This document shows, in pieces, positions 21,183 to 33,181 of a DNA stretch of 64,000 nt. The notes beneath the pieces are model-generated. The model was not told where the DNA came from. It ran no database searches and worked only from the letters and a program-made list of their open reading frames with translations. The number at the start of each line of letters is the position of its first letter. The first letter of the stretch is position 1. The position numbers were made by a program, and so were the translations under genes. Origin of the DNA: Fidelibacterota bacterium (lineage in GTDB: Bacteria > Fidelibacterota > Marinisomatia > SCGC-AAA003-L08 > JACNLC01); assembly GCA_013204025.1 (NCBI GenBank), contig JABMOW010000147.1, positions 7,742 through 71,741 on the forward strand, read 5' to 3'.

Positions 21183-22360
21183 ATAAGTTATCTTTTATCA
21201 TAAAATTTGTGACCGCAAAGGGATCAGGAGCAAAGCGGAGCAAATCTGTATTCCTACCTGTAATCGGTTTGGCCCTGGGAATTATGATCGTATTGTTGAC
21301 CCTCGCCATAATGAATGGAATGGAGGAGGAAGTATTTTCGAAACTCCGCAACTTTCATTCACCTGCCAAACTGAAGTTTGATTCCAAATCCTTGGGTGAA
21401 GTCGAAAACGTAAAAACATTTCTGGATACTCATGATGTTGAATATTTTTCCACTATTTACAGAAATGCAGTGATTAAAAAGGATGATGACTTTAGATTCA
21501 TATCGGTAATTGCCGTTGATGACATAGGTAAGTTCGCCGATCATCAATTGGGGATATCCTCACTTGAATTAAATAGATCTCCTCTAAACCCTCTTCTCAT
21601 TGGTAATGAACTTGGATACTCACTGAATTTGTCTCCGAATGATGAGTGTGAATTACTTTCTCCCGTGGACATTAATTTGGCAACGGGTTCCGTACCAAAG
21701 GCGTCATTTCAGGTAAATGGGATTTTTGATTTTGATATCCTCAATATTGATATGAGTTATGCTATTATTCCGCTTGAAGCGGGTAAAAAATTATTCGATA
21801 AAATAGATTATGAGTACCTGCTACTGGACACTGAACTAGACAGGAAACAATTGATAAAAATCCAGCAACGATTTCCCACTGTTCAGTATATTAGTTGGGA
21901 AGATGAGTACGAGTCATTAGTGTCAGCTATGAAACTTGAGAAAATTGCGTATTCATTTTTTGGATTTATAATCATATTTATTTCGGCATTTAATTTGTTG
22001 AGTATAATGAGTATGATGGTAATGAGAAAAATCCCGCAGTTAGGGATACTGATGGCAATGGGGATGAACTCAAAAAAGATATCAGAGATATTTTTAGTAC
22101 AGGCAGGTCTGACTGTTTTAGTAGGGAGTACCTTGGGCGGTATTTTAACGTATCTGGTCTTCAGGCTTAATGAAAAATATCAGTTATTAAAAATGCTATT
22201 GTCTGATTTCCCTCTTTCAAATTTTCCATTGATCATATCGTGGCAAGGCGCTCTAGCTGTAATTTTCGGAGCAAGTATGATCATCATGTTGGCGGGTTTC
22301 TATCCCGCAGTAAAGGTGAGCAAATTGAACCCTGTTGACGCAATAGATTATATCAAATGA
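21179..22360 (+). CDS. LolC/LolE-family lipoprotein-releasing permease
   Basis: AIMNG, GILMAMG and LNPVDAI; second permease of the pair. Confidence 0.85.
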   Translation: MNKLSFIIKFVTAKGSGAKRSKSVFLPVIGLALGIMIVLLTLAIMNGMEEEVFSKLRNFHSPAKLKFDSKSLGEVENVKTFLDTHDVEYFSTIYRNAVIKKDDDFRFISVIAVDDIGKFADHQLGISSLELNRSPLNPLLIGNELGYSLNLSPNDECELLSPVDINLATGSVPKASFQVNGIFDFDILNIDMSYAIIPLEAGKKLFDKIDYEYLLLDTELDRKQLIKIQQRFPTVQYISWEDEYESLVSAMKLEKIAYSFFGFIIIFISAFNLLSIMSMMVMRKIPQLGILMAMGMNSKKISEIFLVQAGLTVLVGSTLGGILTYLVFRLNEKYQLLKMLLSDFPLSNFPLIISWQGALAVIFGASMIIMLAGFYPAVKVSKLNPVDAIDYIK

Positions 22361-23022
22361 TTCTTCAAGCAGAAAATCTCAAGAAGATTTATCATACCGC
22401 AAACGAAAGCATTACGGTACTAAATGGAGCTGAACTGACCGTTACTGAAAATGAAATAGTAGCGATCATGGGACCCAGCGGTAGCGGAAAGTCCACATTA
22501 CTTCATTTACTGGGTACATTAGACACGCCAACTGCGGGTACTATCCAGATTGACGGTATCATCGTTGGTCCTGAAACAAACCTTTCCAAATTGAGATCAG
22601 AAAAAATTGGATTCGTTTTCCAGCACCATTATCTTTTACCAGAATTTACCGTATTAGAAAACCTGATCATCCCTCAATCTTTGATAGGTAAGGACGATAA
22701 GTCATCTGTTCACCGAGCACAAGAGCTATTAAATCATGTCAATTTATGGAATCGGAGATCACACTACCCAAATCAGCTTTCAGGTGGTGAAAAACAAAGA
22801 GTTGCAGTTGTACGGGCATTAATCAATAATCCCAAAATTGTTCTTGCGGACGAACCTACCGGAAATCTGGATGCAGGAAATCGTGAGAGATTATTATCAC
22901 TTATCACTCAATTGCATGAAAAAGAGGACCAATCCTTCATCATTGCTACCCATGACGATAGAGTTGCTGACATTGCAGGACGAGTATTATTTTTGGAAGA
23001 CGGAAAACTGAGTCAAAAGTAG
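22357..23022 (+). CDS. lolD: Lipoprotein-releasing ABC ATPase
   Basis: GPSGSGKS, GFVFQHHYLLPEF, LSGGE and ADEPTGNLD. Confidence 0.88.
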   Translation: MILQAENLKKIYHTANESITVLNGAELTVTENEIVAIMGPSGSGKSTLLHLLGTLDTPTAGTIQIDGIIVGPETNLSKLRSEKIGFVFQHHYLLPEFTVLENLIIPQSLIGKDDKSSVHRAQELLNHVNLWNRRSHYPNQLSGGEKQRVAVVRALINNPKIVLADEPTGNLDAGNRERLLSLITQLHEKEDQSFIIATHDDRVADIAGRVLFLEDGKLSQK

Positions 23023-23031
23023 AAAGAAGAT

Positions 23032-25485
23032 ATGAAAAGAAATTTATCAAAAAGTGTCCAAGTCATTCTTAAAATTGCCAAAGATGAAGCCATCAGGTTG
23101 GGACACAGTTATGTGGGCTCAGAACATTTATTATTGGGAATCATCCTCGATCATAACAGCAAAGCTGCAGGATTATTGGAATCCATCGGGGTATCTCTAT
23201 TAGATTTACATCATAAGTTGGAAGCACTATTAAAATCAGTTGGTGGGACGATAACTCTTGGGCATCTTCCCTTGACACGAAGGTCAGAGCGGATTTTAAG
23301 GAATACCTTCTTAGAATCAGAAAAATTGAATAAAAAAGTCGCCGACGATACTCATTTATTATTAGCGATGGCACGGGAAAATGAAGGAATAGTAAAAGAA
23401 GTACTCGAAGACTTCAACGTTGATTATGACTTACTTCTTACTTATATCAGTTCATTGGAATCCTCTGACCCTAAAACAGCACCACGATCCACATCAAATA
23501 CGCCTACATTGGATATGTTTAGTAGAAATTTTTCAACTTTGGCTGCAGATGATAAATTGGATCCGGTTATTGGTCGATCCATTGAGATTGAACGAGTAGC
23601 ACAAATTCTCGCCCGTCGTAAGAAAAATAATCCGGTTTTAATTGGAGAACCCGGTGTTGGAAAGACAGCTATCATAGAAGGACTTGCTATTCGTATTCAC
23701 AAAAAAATTGTTCCTCGAATATTATGGGGAAAGCGAGTCTTGGCATTAGACTTGGCAGGATTGATTGCCGGGACAAAATATCGGGGCCAGTTTGAAGAAC
23801 GAATGCAGAAAGTAATGATGGAGCTTGAAAAAACAACAGATGTCATTATTTTTATAGATGAGTTACACACAATTGTAGGTGCCGGTGCCGCGTCTGGTTC
23901 TCTTGATGCCGCAAATATGTTCAAACCAGCCTTAGCGCGAGGAGAAATACAGGTCATTGGTGCTACTACTCTGAATGAGTATCAAAAGTACATTGAAAAA
24001 GATGGAGCACTCGAACGGCGATTTCAGAAAATACTGGTAGATCCACCATCAATCGGAGATACAGTTAAAATATTAGCAGGACTTCAGTCTAAATATGAAG
24101 AACATCATCATATCAGATATCTCCCAGAAGCTATCAATGCATGTGTTGAACTCAGTGAACGATATATCAGAGATAAATTTCTTCCAGATAAAGCGATTGA
24201 TGTCATGGACGAAGTGGGATCGAGAATCCATATATCGAATATATTTGTACCTGAAAATATCCTGAAATTGGAAAAAGAAATTAAGGAATTGCGTGAGAAA
24301 AAAGAGGAAGTTATCAAGAACCAGCAATTTGAAGATGCTGCAAACCTCCGGGACAAAGAACGAAAGCTGGTAAAAAAATTACAGGAAACTGAGGCAAACT
24401 GGAATTCTGAAAAAAGTAAATCTCTCCCCGAAGTGAATAAAGAAGATGTGGCTAGTGTGATATCTATGATGACGGGTATCCCCGTGACCCAGGTAGCCGA
24501 ATCTGAATCACGTCGCCTTATTAGAATGAATCAAGAGATTGAAAAGTATATCATCGGTCAGAAAGAATCGGTTGATATCCTATGTCAGGCGATTAAACGA
24601 GCTAGGACGGGTTTTAAGAATCCTAATCACCCAATCGGCTCATTTCTATTTTTAGGTCCTACGGGCGTGGGGAAGACCGAACTGGCAAAGGTCCTTGCGA
24701 GATACCTGTTTAATAATGAATCATCCCTGATCAAAATTGATATGTCTGAATACATGGAGCGACATAACGTTTCTCGTTTGGTAGGCGCTCCTCCCGGATA
24801 CGTTGGTTACGATGAAGGAGGACAGTTAACCGAAAAAGTCAGACGTCATCCTTTTTCTGTGATCCTGTTTGATGAAGTTGAAAAAGCTCACCCGGATGCA
24901 TTTAATATATTACTTCAAATACTTGATGAAGGTAAAATCTCCGACAGTATTGGCAGAATTGTGGATTTTCGAAATACAATCATTATCCTGACTTCAAATC
25001 TCGGGACAAAAAACATAACCTCAACATCCATTGGATTTTCAAAAAGCGATTCGAGCAATATAAAGGAAAAAGTAAAATCCGATATTAATGCAGAAGTTAA
25101 AAGAATCTTCAAACCTGAATTTCTTAACCGTCTTGATGAATTAATTATTTTCAGATCGCTAGATGTCAATGACCTCACTGACATTATTGATTTACAATTG
25201 AAAGATCTAAAATCAAATCTACTGGAGAAAAATATCCAATTTAAAATGTCTCAAAAAGCGAAATTGCATCTTATTAATAAATGCAATTACCAGGAATGGG
25301 GTGCAAGACCATTGAGACGTATAATTCAAAAAGAGATAGAAAATACGATTTCTGAAAAGTTTCTAACCGGAGAATTCACTGATGGTGGACGAATTTCCGT
25401 TAAAATTCAGAAAGATAGTTTTGTATTTTCACAAACTTCAAAATCAACATCGGACAAAACCATCCGAAAAAAGTACGCCACCTGA
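23032..25485 (+). CDS. clpC: ClpC-type ATP-dependent Clp protease ATPase
   Basis: Clp N repeats, two AAA+ modules ([16 protein letters not shown]), UVR-like middle domain and IGF loop. Confidence 0.92.
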   Translation: MKRNLSKSVQVILKIAKDEAIRLGHSYVGSEHLLLGIILDHNSKAAGLLESIGVSLLDLHHKLEALLKSVGGTITLGHLPLTRRSERILRNTFLESEKLNKKVADDTHLLLAMARENEGIVKEVLEDFNVDYDLLLTYISSLESSDPKTAPRSTSNTPTLDMFSRNFSTLAADDKLDPVIGRSIEIERVAQILARRKKNNPVLIGEPGVGKTAIIEGLAIRIHKKIVPRILWGKRVLALDLAGLIAGTKYRGQFEERMQKVMMELEKTTDVIIFIDELHTIVGAGAASGSLDAANMFKPALARGEIQVIGATTLNEYQKYIEKDGALERRFQKILVDPPSIGDTVKILAGLQSKYEEHHHIRYLPEAINACVELSERYIRDKFLPDKAIDVMDEVGSRIHISNIFVPENILKLEKEIKELREKKEEVIKNQQFEDAANLRDKERKLVKKLQETEANWNSEKSKSLPEVNKEDVASVISMMTGIPVTQVAESESRRLIRMNQEIEKYIIGQKESVDILCQAIKRARTGFKNPNHPIGSFLFLGPTGVGKTELAKVLARYLFNNESSLIKIDMSEYMERHNVSRLVGAPPGYVGYDEGGQLTEKVRRHPFSVILFDEVEKAHPDAFNILLQILDEGKISDSIGRIVDFRNTIIILTSNLGTKNITSTSIGFSKSDSSNIKEKVKSDINAEVKRIFKPEFLNRLDELIIFRSLDVNDLTDIIDLQLKDLKSNLLEKNIQFKMSQKAKLHLINKCNYQEWGARPLRRIIQKEIENTISEKFLTGEFTDGGRISVKIQKDSFVFSQTSKSTSDKTIRKKYAT

Positions 25486-25536
25486 CATAAAGATCCGTGA
25501 GTTTATCACTGCTGTCAAAACGTCTGATTTTCCAAA

Positions 25537-25551
25537 CGGCATCATTGTTGT
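25537..25551 (+). promoter_or_regulatory. Possible sigma54-like -24/-12 element before dnaK
   Basis: CGGCATCATTGTTGT has GG-N10-GT spacing (consensus is GG-N10-GC). TGACA and TGTCA half-sites lie upstream. Confidence 0.3.
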
Positions 25552-25595
25552 TTTAAAATAACTAAAATTAAATCATTTTATAATTTGGAGTTATA

Positions 25596-27494
25596 ATGGG
25601 AAAAATCATTGGTATAGATCTGGGAACAACAAATTCATGCGTATCCGTAATGGAAGGTGGAACCCCGGCAGTTATACAAAATTGCGAGGGTGGACGAACC
25701 ACTCCATCTGTGGTTGCATTTACTAAAGATGGTAGCCGATTAATTGGTCAACCTGCAAAGCGTCAGGCAGTGACCAATCCTCAAAACACAGTTTCATCCA
25801 GCAAAAGATTTGTCGGTAGAATGTATAATGAGGTTGGGCAGGAAATTAAAGAGATGCCTTATTCGATTGTTAAAGGATCGAAGGGCGAGGTCCTATTTGA
25901 TATTCAGGGAAAAAAATACACACCACCTGAAATCAGTGCGATGGTTCTTCAGAAACTTAAACAAACTGCTGAAGAATATTTAGGCGAAACGGTTACTGAT
26001 GCCGTCATCACAGTCCCTGCCTATTTTAATGATTCGCAAAGACAGGCCACAAAAGATGCAGGTGTCATTGCTGGATTAAATGTTAGAAGAATAATTAATG
26101 AACCCACTGCTGCTGCATTAGCGTATGGTCTGGATAAAAAACACGATGAAAAGATCGCAGTTTTCGATTTGGGTGGAGGTACTTTCGATATCTCCATTCT
26201 GGAAATCGGTGACGGCGTATTTGAGGTCAAATCTACAAATGGTGATACTCATCTGGGTGGTGATGACTTTGATCAGATGATGGTTGATTGGCTTGCAGAA
26301 GAATTTAAGAAATCCGACGGAATTGATATCCGAAAAGACCCCATGGCTTTACAAAGGTTGAAGGAAGCTGCTGAGAAAGCGAAGATTGAATTGTCATCAT
26401 CTATGCAAACGGATGTAAACCTTCCGTTTATTACTGCAGACTCCAGTGGACCGAAACATTTAAATATTGTTCTCACACGTGCAAAGTTTGAATCATTAGT
26501 TGAGCGTTTGATTGAAAGAACTCGCAAACCCTGTCTCGACGCAATGAAGGATGCCGGACTATCCACAAGTGAAATCGATGAAGTTATACTTGTTGGTGGC
26601 TCTACCAGAATTCCAGCGGTTCAGGATATGGTAAAAAAAGTATTTAATAAAGAACCCAACAAAAGTGTAAATCCCGATGAAGTTGTTTCTGTTGGAGCAG
26701 CTATCCAAGGTGGAGTGCTCTCCGGAGATGTGGAAGACATTCTATTACTTGATGTCATTCCATTGTCATTAGGAATTGAAACGTTGGGTGGGGTAGCAAC
26801 CAAATTAATCGAATCCAACACGACAATTCCGACCAAGAAATCACAAATATTTTCTACTGCTGGGGACAGACAGCCGTCAGTTGAAATCCATGTACTTCAA
26901 GGTGAAAGAGGAATGGCTTCAGATAATAAATCATTGGGCAGATTTCATCTTGATGGTATTCCACCTGCTCCACGAGGGATTCCACAAATTGAGGTTACTT
27001 TCGACATTGACGCAAATGGCATCTTAAATGTATCTGCAAAAGATAAAGCCACCAGCAAAGAACAAAGTATTCGTATTGAAGCTTCGAGTGGGTTAAGTGA
27101 CTCGGATATTGAAAAGATGAAACGGGATGCGAAAGATCATGAAAAGGAAGATCATGATAAACGGGAAATGGTTGAAACGCATAATCAAGCAGAGCAACTC
27201 ACCTACCAGACTGAAAAACAAATAACAGATTTGGGTGATAAAATCTCTGAAGATGATAAAAAAACCATTCAGGATGCCGTTGATGATTTAAAAGAGAAGA
27301 ATAAAAGCACGGATTTAGATGCAATTAAATCTTCTATGGAAGAACTTAACAAAGCCTGGAGCTCAGTGTCTGAGAAGTTATATCAGCAAAGCCAACAAAC
27401 ATCTTCTGACCAGACTGATGCCGGTTCACAGGAATCTACTGGCCAAGATTCAAGCGTTGAAGATGCAGATTTTGAAGTTGTCGACGAAAAATAA
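25596..27494 (+). CDS. dnaK: Chaperone DnaK (Hsp70)
   Basis: [26 protein letters not shown] and C-terminal DADFEVV. Confidence 0.98.
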   Translation: MGKIIGIDLGTTNSCVSVMEGGTPAVIQNCEGGRTTPSVVAFTKDGSRLIGQPAKRQAVTNPQNTVSSSKRFVGRMYNEVGQEIKEMPYSIVKGSKGEVLFDIQGKKYTPPEISAMVLQKLKQTAEEYLGETVTDAVITVPAYFNDSQRQATKDAGVIAGLNVRRIINEPTAAALAYGLDKKHDEKIAVFDLGGGTFDISILEIGDGVFEVKSTNGDTHLGGDDFDQMMVDWLAEEFKKSDGIDIRKDPMALQRLKEAAEKAKIELSSSMQTDVNLPFITADSSGPKHLNIVLTRAKFESLVERLIERTRKPCLDAMKDAGLSTSEIDEVILVGGSTRIPAVQDMVKKVFNKEPNKSVNPDEVVSVGAAIQGGVLSGDVEDILLLDVIPLSLGIETLGGVATKLIESNTTIPTKKSQIFSTAGDRQPSVEIHVLQGERGMASDNKSLGRFHLDGIPPAPRGIPQIEVTFDIDANGILNVSAKDKATSKEQSIRIEASSGLSDSDIEKMKRDAKDHEKEDHDKREMVETHNQAEQLTYQTEKQITDLGDKISEDDKKTIQDAVDDLKEKNKSTDLDAIKSSMEELNKAWSSVSEKLYQQSQQTSSDQTDAGSQESTGQDSSVEDADFEVVDEK

Positions 27495-27520
27495 TTTAAA
27501 TCGAAAATTATAATTCACAT

Positions 27521-27554
27521 ACAAAAACGGACAGTTAAAACTGTCCGTTTTTGT
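27521..27554. terminator. Intrinsic terminator after dnaK (possibly bidirectional)
   Basis: Perfect inverted repeat ACAAAAACGGACAGTT-aa-AACTGTCCGTTTTTGT with A/T tails. Confidence 0.9.
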
Positions 27555-27585
27555 TATCTATCACATGTAATTTTTCTAGATTATT

Positions 27586-30500
27586 ATGTCTGTAATTCGT
27601 AGAAAACATGTAACACTCGGGGCACTTTCCCTAATTGTAGTTGTGGCGGGATTCGCAATTATAGGTGGTTATTATTTTACGGATAAAATATTTTTAAAAT
27701 ATAAACAACATATCCTGTCATATCTGTCAAACAGAACATCAGTACAAATTTCTTTCTCTCACTTGGATGGGAATTTCTTAACCGGGTTTAATATTTATAA
27801 CATGGAATGCCATGTTCCATCAGGAGAAATCTTCCATTCAGACTCAATGTCTATTCGTATTAATCCCTTTAAAATAATTTCGGGGGAATTTAATTTCAGC
27901 GATATCTCTATAAAAAACTCCAGATTAGATTTGGATAAATACAGTGATTTTCAAAAATCTAATACCTCCGATTCAGAAAAAAACAACCGACACAAAACCA
28001 TTCAAATTCAACAATGTAAGTTGAATAATTTTAAATTACATAAAGAATCAAATGACGTCATCATATCTTCAGAGTTACGATTCATCTCAACGAGGGAGAA
28101 AGCTTCGATATTTCTCTATTATTTTGAAGTAGAAACAAATGGAATCATCAGCTCAATTGATTCCACAATAATGACATTCAATAATCAGATTGTTACGGTT
28201 GAATCTTTCAACTATACTTTTAACAATGGAGATGCCATTATAGGGGATATGGCATTTACACTTGAGACTAATCAGTGGGGCTTCCCTGTCGATTTTAATT
28301 TAACCGGATCAGCTGTTGGAAAAGGACTGAATCTGAATAAGTTAGAACTGACAGGTGCCATATTTTCCGATAAAATAAAATTACAGCGAGGTAAGATTAG
28401 TGTAGACCAATCTTACTTTGATTTATCCGGTCAATATTTTTATACCGACGGCAGGTGGAATGTTGATTTAAAATTTGATGAATTCGCAACCTATCTGGAT
28501 TCTGTTTCATTACTCATATCGGGTAGTATAAATTCTATTGGTTCAAGCAAAACAGACAGTATTCATTTTACCACTGATATTTCAAAACTGAACTACGGAT
28601 TATTTGAAATTGGTAATATTAAAGGAAATGTTTCACTGGCTGATTCCATTTTAACGAACACAAAACCCGTAGAATTCGAATTTGCAGGTGTTACCGGACT
28701 TATTGATTCGATTTTTCTTAAAAAGAACGATTATAAAATTTCTGCTCAGGTAGGTTTAAACGAATTCTCTCCCGGTAAATACATCGAGGGACTTCCATTA
28801 TTGGATTTAACGGGCGTTGGTTCAGTCAATATCGTGAGTAAATTCGGAATAATGGATTTACAGTCGAAGCTATTTTTAAAACCAATAGTTTATCATAATT
28901 TAAATTTTGGTGATAGCTTCTGGGAAGCATCTGTCGAAAGTGCTAATGGCAAACTAAGCGAACTGAAGTTAGTCGGAAGCGCTAAATCAATGAATTTCCC
29001 TCTGTTGACGCTTGACAGGTCAGTGATCAGCGCACAGTATAATGATGGTAATATTATCTTAAACCATATTTATGGATTAAATAAAAATGGAGACTATGTA
29101 TTTGTCTCCGGATTTACAGACTCATCCATGGCAACTATTATTTTAGATTCACTTTTTCTAAATCTGAATGGAGTAAAAAGTTATTCAGGAAACTTGGATA
29201 TTAAAAAACAAGATGACATCTATCATGTTAATTGCGAAAATCTTTCAATAAATGATGGAAATATCGCCATAAGTGGAAAATACGCCAATCAAGAAAAATT
29301 CGAGTTTGATATGAGCATGGAAGATGTGGATATCGTCGATATTGTTAAAATGTTGAGAAAAGAATCCACATTATCGGGAAAAATTAATGGAAATTCCCAA
29401 TTTTCAAAATGGAATTCAAAGCCTGTACTATTTTCAGATATTAGAATTGTTGATGGTCAAATCAGTGATTTCAAAATGAATGAATTAGAAGGAAAAGTAT
29501 CCTACTTTGATCATAGATGGTTAATCGGAGGAATTTCAGCTCAGTCAGACTTAGGATTCATTGAATTATCCGGGTGGGTGAATTCTTCAATTGATTCAGA
29601 AAAAACTGTTTCATTTCTGCCACAAGATTCATTGTCAATACAGGCATCATTAGATGGATTTCAAATTGAATCCATAAAAGAATACATACCTTGGAATTTT
29701 AAAACTGAAGGAAAGTTATCTGGTACAATTGATATATCTGGGCAATTATCTAAACTATTTATGGCATCCGATATTCAAATAGAAAACCCTATTTTTGATC
29801 AATTAGAAGGAAAGTCTGCTAATGGAAAATTAATTTATGACAACAAAAGACTATTCTTTAAAGAGACACAGATGAATATGCAACATGGAGATTATTTCAT
29901 TAGTGGATTTATTCCTTTGGATCTGGATTATTTTTCAGAAAATAGACCGGAAGTCTGGAGCAACCCTATTGATTTGATGATCAGTGGAAAAGCATCTGAA
30001 ATGGAATTCTTTTATCCATACTTCGATATTATTGATTCTCTGATTTGCGATTGTTCAATGCAGCTTTCTATTGGTGGGTCTTTTAGAAATCCTATTAGAA
30101 ATGGCCAGCTAATTATCAATAATGGTAAAGTAAACGTCACTCCACTAAATAACTCTTTTACAGATATAACCGGACTTGCCACGATTGATAACAATCTGTT
30201 AAATATATCAACAATGGAAGGAAAATCGAGAAAACTTGAAAAGGGCGATATTCTAAAAACGCCTTTAGATTATATTTACAAAATTTTCCACATTTCTCAA
30301 AAAACGAAACAAAAGTCAAATAATATTTCAGTAAATGGCACGATAGATTTAACTGAATTTTTCAATCCAAATTTTCAACTAATAGCATCGGGAAAAAATT
30401 TGTACATTGAGGATTCTCAAGATGAATTTATCGGAAGCGGACTTACTGAAATATCCGTGTCAGGGCAAGATACTATTCTGATTTCCGGCACCTTTGAACC

Positions 30501-31317
30501 GGACCCTTACGAATTTACCATTAGCCCTGTCATGACTACTGAGTCCGTAACTAACGCTGCATATGATCCGGGTGGGATAATGATGTTTTATGACATTCAT
30601 ATTCCTCTGGATAATGGTGTCATTATCAAAAATGATTTTATGGATATAGAAATCGAAGGTGAGATAACTCTCACAGCTATTGGTAGCGATGATTTTGTCC
30701 TGTCTGGAAATGTAAATATTGTGGACGGTTCATTTTTTCTAAACGGCAATGAATTTACTGATACGGAAGGACGAATTACGTTCGATCCCGCTTCGGATTT
30801 TCCTGAAATGGACATAATTGCTTATACTTTCATCACTGGAAAATCATACAAAGTTCTATTTTCCGGACCGTTAAACAACCCCGTTTTAGGATTTGAATCT
30901 GAAGATCCTACAGATTCATATTCTCAGGATGAAATTCTACGCATATTACTGGCGGGAGATGAGTCTCTTGTCGCAGGTAAAGATTTCAAAATACAGGATG
31001 CTGGTACGAACATCATTTCAAATTATCTCGCAACAGAACTGGAAAGGTTGATTACGGCAAAAGGACCGGTAGATCGATTTCAATTAAAGAGTCAGGGTGC
31101 ATTGTTCAGAGATATTAATAATATGGATGTCAATCTTTACATGGGTAAACGGATGTCCCGAAAATTGTATATGAATATTAAAAGTGACATATTCTCTGAT
31201 CAAATAAAAAATGAATATGAGATTACCTATCGGGTGGATAAAAATCAATCGATTGTTGTCCGTTTGGATGATGAAGGATATCCTCACCTCAATTACCGGA
31301 TTAAATTCAAATATTAA
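27586..31317 (+). CDS. TamB/AsmA-like protein (DUF490-like C-terminus)
   Basis: 1243 aa, N-terminal TM, beta-strand-rich; C-terminal SGPLNNP..SQDEIL pattern; TAATG-coupled to an Omp85 gene. Confidence 0.75.
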   Translation: MSVIRRKHVTLGALSLIVVVAGFAIIGGYYFTDKIFLKYKQHILSYLSNRTSVQISFSHLDGNFLTGFNIYNMECHVPSGEIFHSDSMSIRINPFKIISGEFNFSDISIKNSRLDLDKYSDFQKSNTSDSEKNNRHKTIQIQQCKLNNFKLHKESNDVIISSELRFISTREKASIFLYYFEVETNGIISSIDSTIMTFNNQIVTVESFNYTFNNGDAIIGDMAFTLETNQWGFPVDFNLTGSAVGKGLNLNKLELTGAIFSDKIKLQRGKISVDQSYFDLSGQYFYTDGRWNVDLKFDEFATYLDSVSLLISGSINSIGSSKTDSIHFTTDISKLNYGLFEIGNIKGNVSLADSILTNTKPVEFEFAGVTGLIDSIFLKKNDYKISAQVGLNEFSPGKYIEGLPLLDLTGVGSVNIVSKFGIMDLQSKLFLKPIVYHNLNFGDSFWEASVESANGKLSELKLVGSAKSMNFPLLTLDRSVISAQYNDGNIILNHIYGLNKNGDYVFVSGFTDSSMATIILDSLFLNLNGVKSYSGNLDIKKQDDIYHVNCENLSINDGNIAISGKYANQEKFEFDMSMEDVDIVDIVKMLRKESTLSGKINGNSQFSKWNSKPVLFSDIRIVDGQISDFKMNELEGKVSYFDHRWLIGGISAQSDLGFIELSGWVNSSIDSEKTVSFLPQDSLSIQASLDGFQIESIKEYIPWNFKTEGKLSGTIDISGQLSKLFMASDIQIENPIFDQLEGKSANGKLIYDNKRLFFKETQMNMQHGDYFISGFIPLDLDYFSENRPEVWSNPIDLMISGKASEMEFFYPYFDIIDSLICDCSMQLSIGGSFRNPIRNGQLIINNGKVNVTPLNNSFTDITGLATIDNNLLNISTMEGKSRKLEKGDILKTPLDYIYKIFHISQKTKQKSNNISVNGTIDLTEFFNPNFQLIASGKNLYIEDSQDEFIGSGLTEISVSGQDTILISGTFEPDPYEFTISPVMTTESVTNAAYDPGGIMMFYDIHIPLDNGVIIKNDFMDIEIEGEITLTAIGSDDFVLSGNVNIVDGSFFLNGNEFTDTEGRITFDPASDFPEMDIIAYTFITGKSYKVLFSGPLNNPVLGFESEDPTDSYSQDEILRILLAGDESLVAGKDFKIQDAGTNIISNYLATELERLITAKGPVDRFQLKSQGALFRDINNMDVNLYMGKRMSRKLYMNIKSDIFSDQIKNEYEITYRVDKNQSIVVRLDDEGYPHLNYRIKFKY

Positions 31318-33080
31318 TGAATATCAGGTTTAAACATTTACTTATCCTGATACTGATCTTTTCAGGTATCGTTTTTTCGCAAGGGAAAAGACTTGTAAAC
31401 CATATTTCATTTACGGGAAATGAGAATATTCGCGATAAAACACTTATCAGTGACTTGCATCTGCAACCAAAAAAGTTTCTAAAAGGGTATCCTTTTAAAG
31501 AGCGAGCACTTAAACTGGATGTCTTGTCCATTAAAAACAATTACATTTCGAATGGTTTTTTGGATGTATCTATCAATTCAGAAACAAACATAGTTAATGA
31601 TCGGCTCATAGACATCACTTATCACATTTCTGAAGGAATTCGGTACCATTTGCAAAATGTTAATGTATCAGGAAACGAGGTCCTTTCTACAGAAGAATTA
31701 TTAAAATTACTTCAGTTCAAAATGGGGGATGCTTATAATCCTTTTCAAATGTCCAGGTTCATTTCTGAAATTGAATATTTTTACTTTTCTAAAGGTAAAG
31801 TACTTGTTAAAATCGATACAGAAGTTATTCGAATTGAAAATACTGTCAGTACAAATATAACAATTGATGAAGGAGGCACTTTTTACGTTTCCAATGTCAC
31901 AATTTCTGGAATTATAAATTATCCTGAAAAATTTATATTAAGAGAGCTGACATTTAAAAACGGTGATATTTATAATATAAAAGAAATTGAAAAATCACAA
32001 TCCAGGGTTTTTTCATCAGGATTATTCGGCTCTGTTGAAATTCGTCCCGTGATAGGTTCCTTACTGGATAAGAATGTGACGATTGAAATCAAGGTGAGGG
32101 AATATTCATCAAAGCAGATAAAAACAGATATTGGGCTAGGACAGGAGCCATCTTCTTTGGGAGAAGGTTCACCTCCTGCCTCTGTATTGGAACTGGATGT
32201 TAAATGGCAACCAGGTACTATTCCTAAAACCACAAGCCGAATTGAGTTTGGTAGCAATCTTGCGGTAAGATTGGATGAAAATATTACACTTCCCAATCTC
32301 AACTATGATATCACTTGGTTTACTCCGTGGGTATTGGGTTTTAGACTGCCTCTTCGGATGAGATACTATCATAACGAACAAATAGATGAGAAACTTGACG
32401 GTGTATCATCCTCATTCATTTATCGGACAGGAGAGAGATACAAACTATCCGGTAGTATCAATCTGGAATTTATTGAATCTCTGGTTGAATCTGATCAAAA
32501 AAGAAGTGTCCAGATTAATTATATTGAGCAAAGACTAAACGATTTTATCTATCCTTCAACAGGGTATTTTTATTCTATTAACACTGAATTAAATGGCACT
32601 GTCCTTGGGGGAGAAGTTCACTTCCTAAAATTGGACTTTGAGTATAAAAAGTTTTATCCATTGGATAAAAATATCACATTCGGTGTACATCATCGGGTTG
32701 GCTATTTACATTCGATCAACTACAAGAATGAAAATTCTGATCCGTTACCTCCATTTTATAAATTTAAATTGGGAGGGAGTACATCATTGAGAGGCTGGAG
32801 AAATACTGATGAGATAAATTCTGATGGGGGAATGATCCGATTTCAATCGAATTTTGAATTCCGCTATCCATTATTTTGGCTCATCGGTGGGGAACTATTT
32901 TTAGACATGGGCAAATTAGCCGATCAGTTTGATAAAACATTATCTGACGGTTGGTATTGGGATGTAGGAACAGGCATTACGGTCAACTCACCTATTGGAC
33001 CAGTCAGGACGGATGTGGCATTTCCACAAGGTAATTGGTCAGATCCAATGGTGCTTTTATCTATTCTTTACTTATTCTAA
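31317..33080 (+). CDS. TamA/BamA-family Omp85 outer membrane protein
   Basis: Signal peptide, POTRA-like repeats (FTGN, VSGN, ISG), LGGSTSLRGW, SPIGPVRTD and terminal Phe. Confidence 0.85.
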   Translation: MNIRFKHLLILILIFSGIVFSQGKRLVNHISFTGNENIRDKTLISDLHLQPKKFLKGYPFKERALKLDVLSIKNNYISNGFLDVSINSETNIVNDRLIDITYHISEGIRYHLQNVNVSGNEVLSTEELLKLLQFKMGDAYNPFQMSRFISEIEYFYFSKGKVLVKIDTEVIRIENTVSTNITIDEGGTFYVSNVTISGIINYPEKFILRELTFKNGDIYNIKEIEKSQSRVFSSGLFGSVEIRPVIGSLLDKNVTIEIKVREYSSKQIKTDIGLGQEPSSLGEGSPPASVLELDVKWQPGTIPKTTSRIEFGSNLAVRLDENITLPNLNYDITWFTPWVLGFRLPLRMRYYHNEQIDEKLDGVSSSFIYRTGERYKLSGSINLEFIESLVESDQKRSVQINYIEQRLNDFIYPSTGYFYSINTELNGTVLGGEVHFLKLDFEYKKFYPLDKNITFGVHHRVGYLHSINYKNENSDPLPPFYKFKLGGSTSLRGWRNTDEINSDGGMIRFQSNFEFRYPLFWLIGGELFLDMGKLADQFDKTLSDGWYWDVGTGITVNSPIGPVRTDVAFPQGNWSDPMVLLSILYLF

Positions 33081-33181
33081 TTTTTGCTTTTCAAGAAGGA
33101 ACAAAAGAAAAACGAACTTGTTTGGAAGTAGTCTTGAATTCATAAATTTCGTTTGAAAATAAATACAGGAGAATCGTTTTA

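Noticed and set aside
27586-33080. AT-rich tamB/tamA region as a horizontally acquired island
   Set aside because: The low GC is explained by fast-evolving Ile/Asn/Lys/Phe-rich envelope proteins; no mobility signatures.
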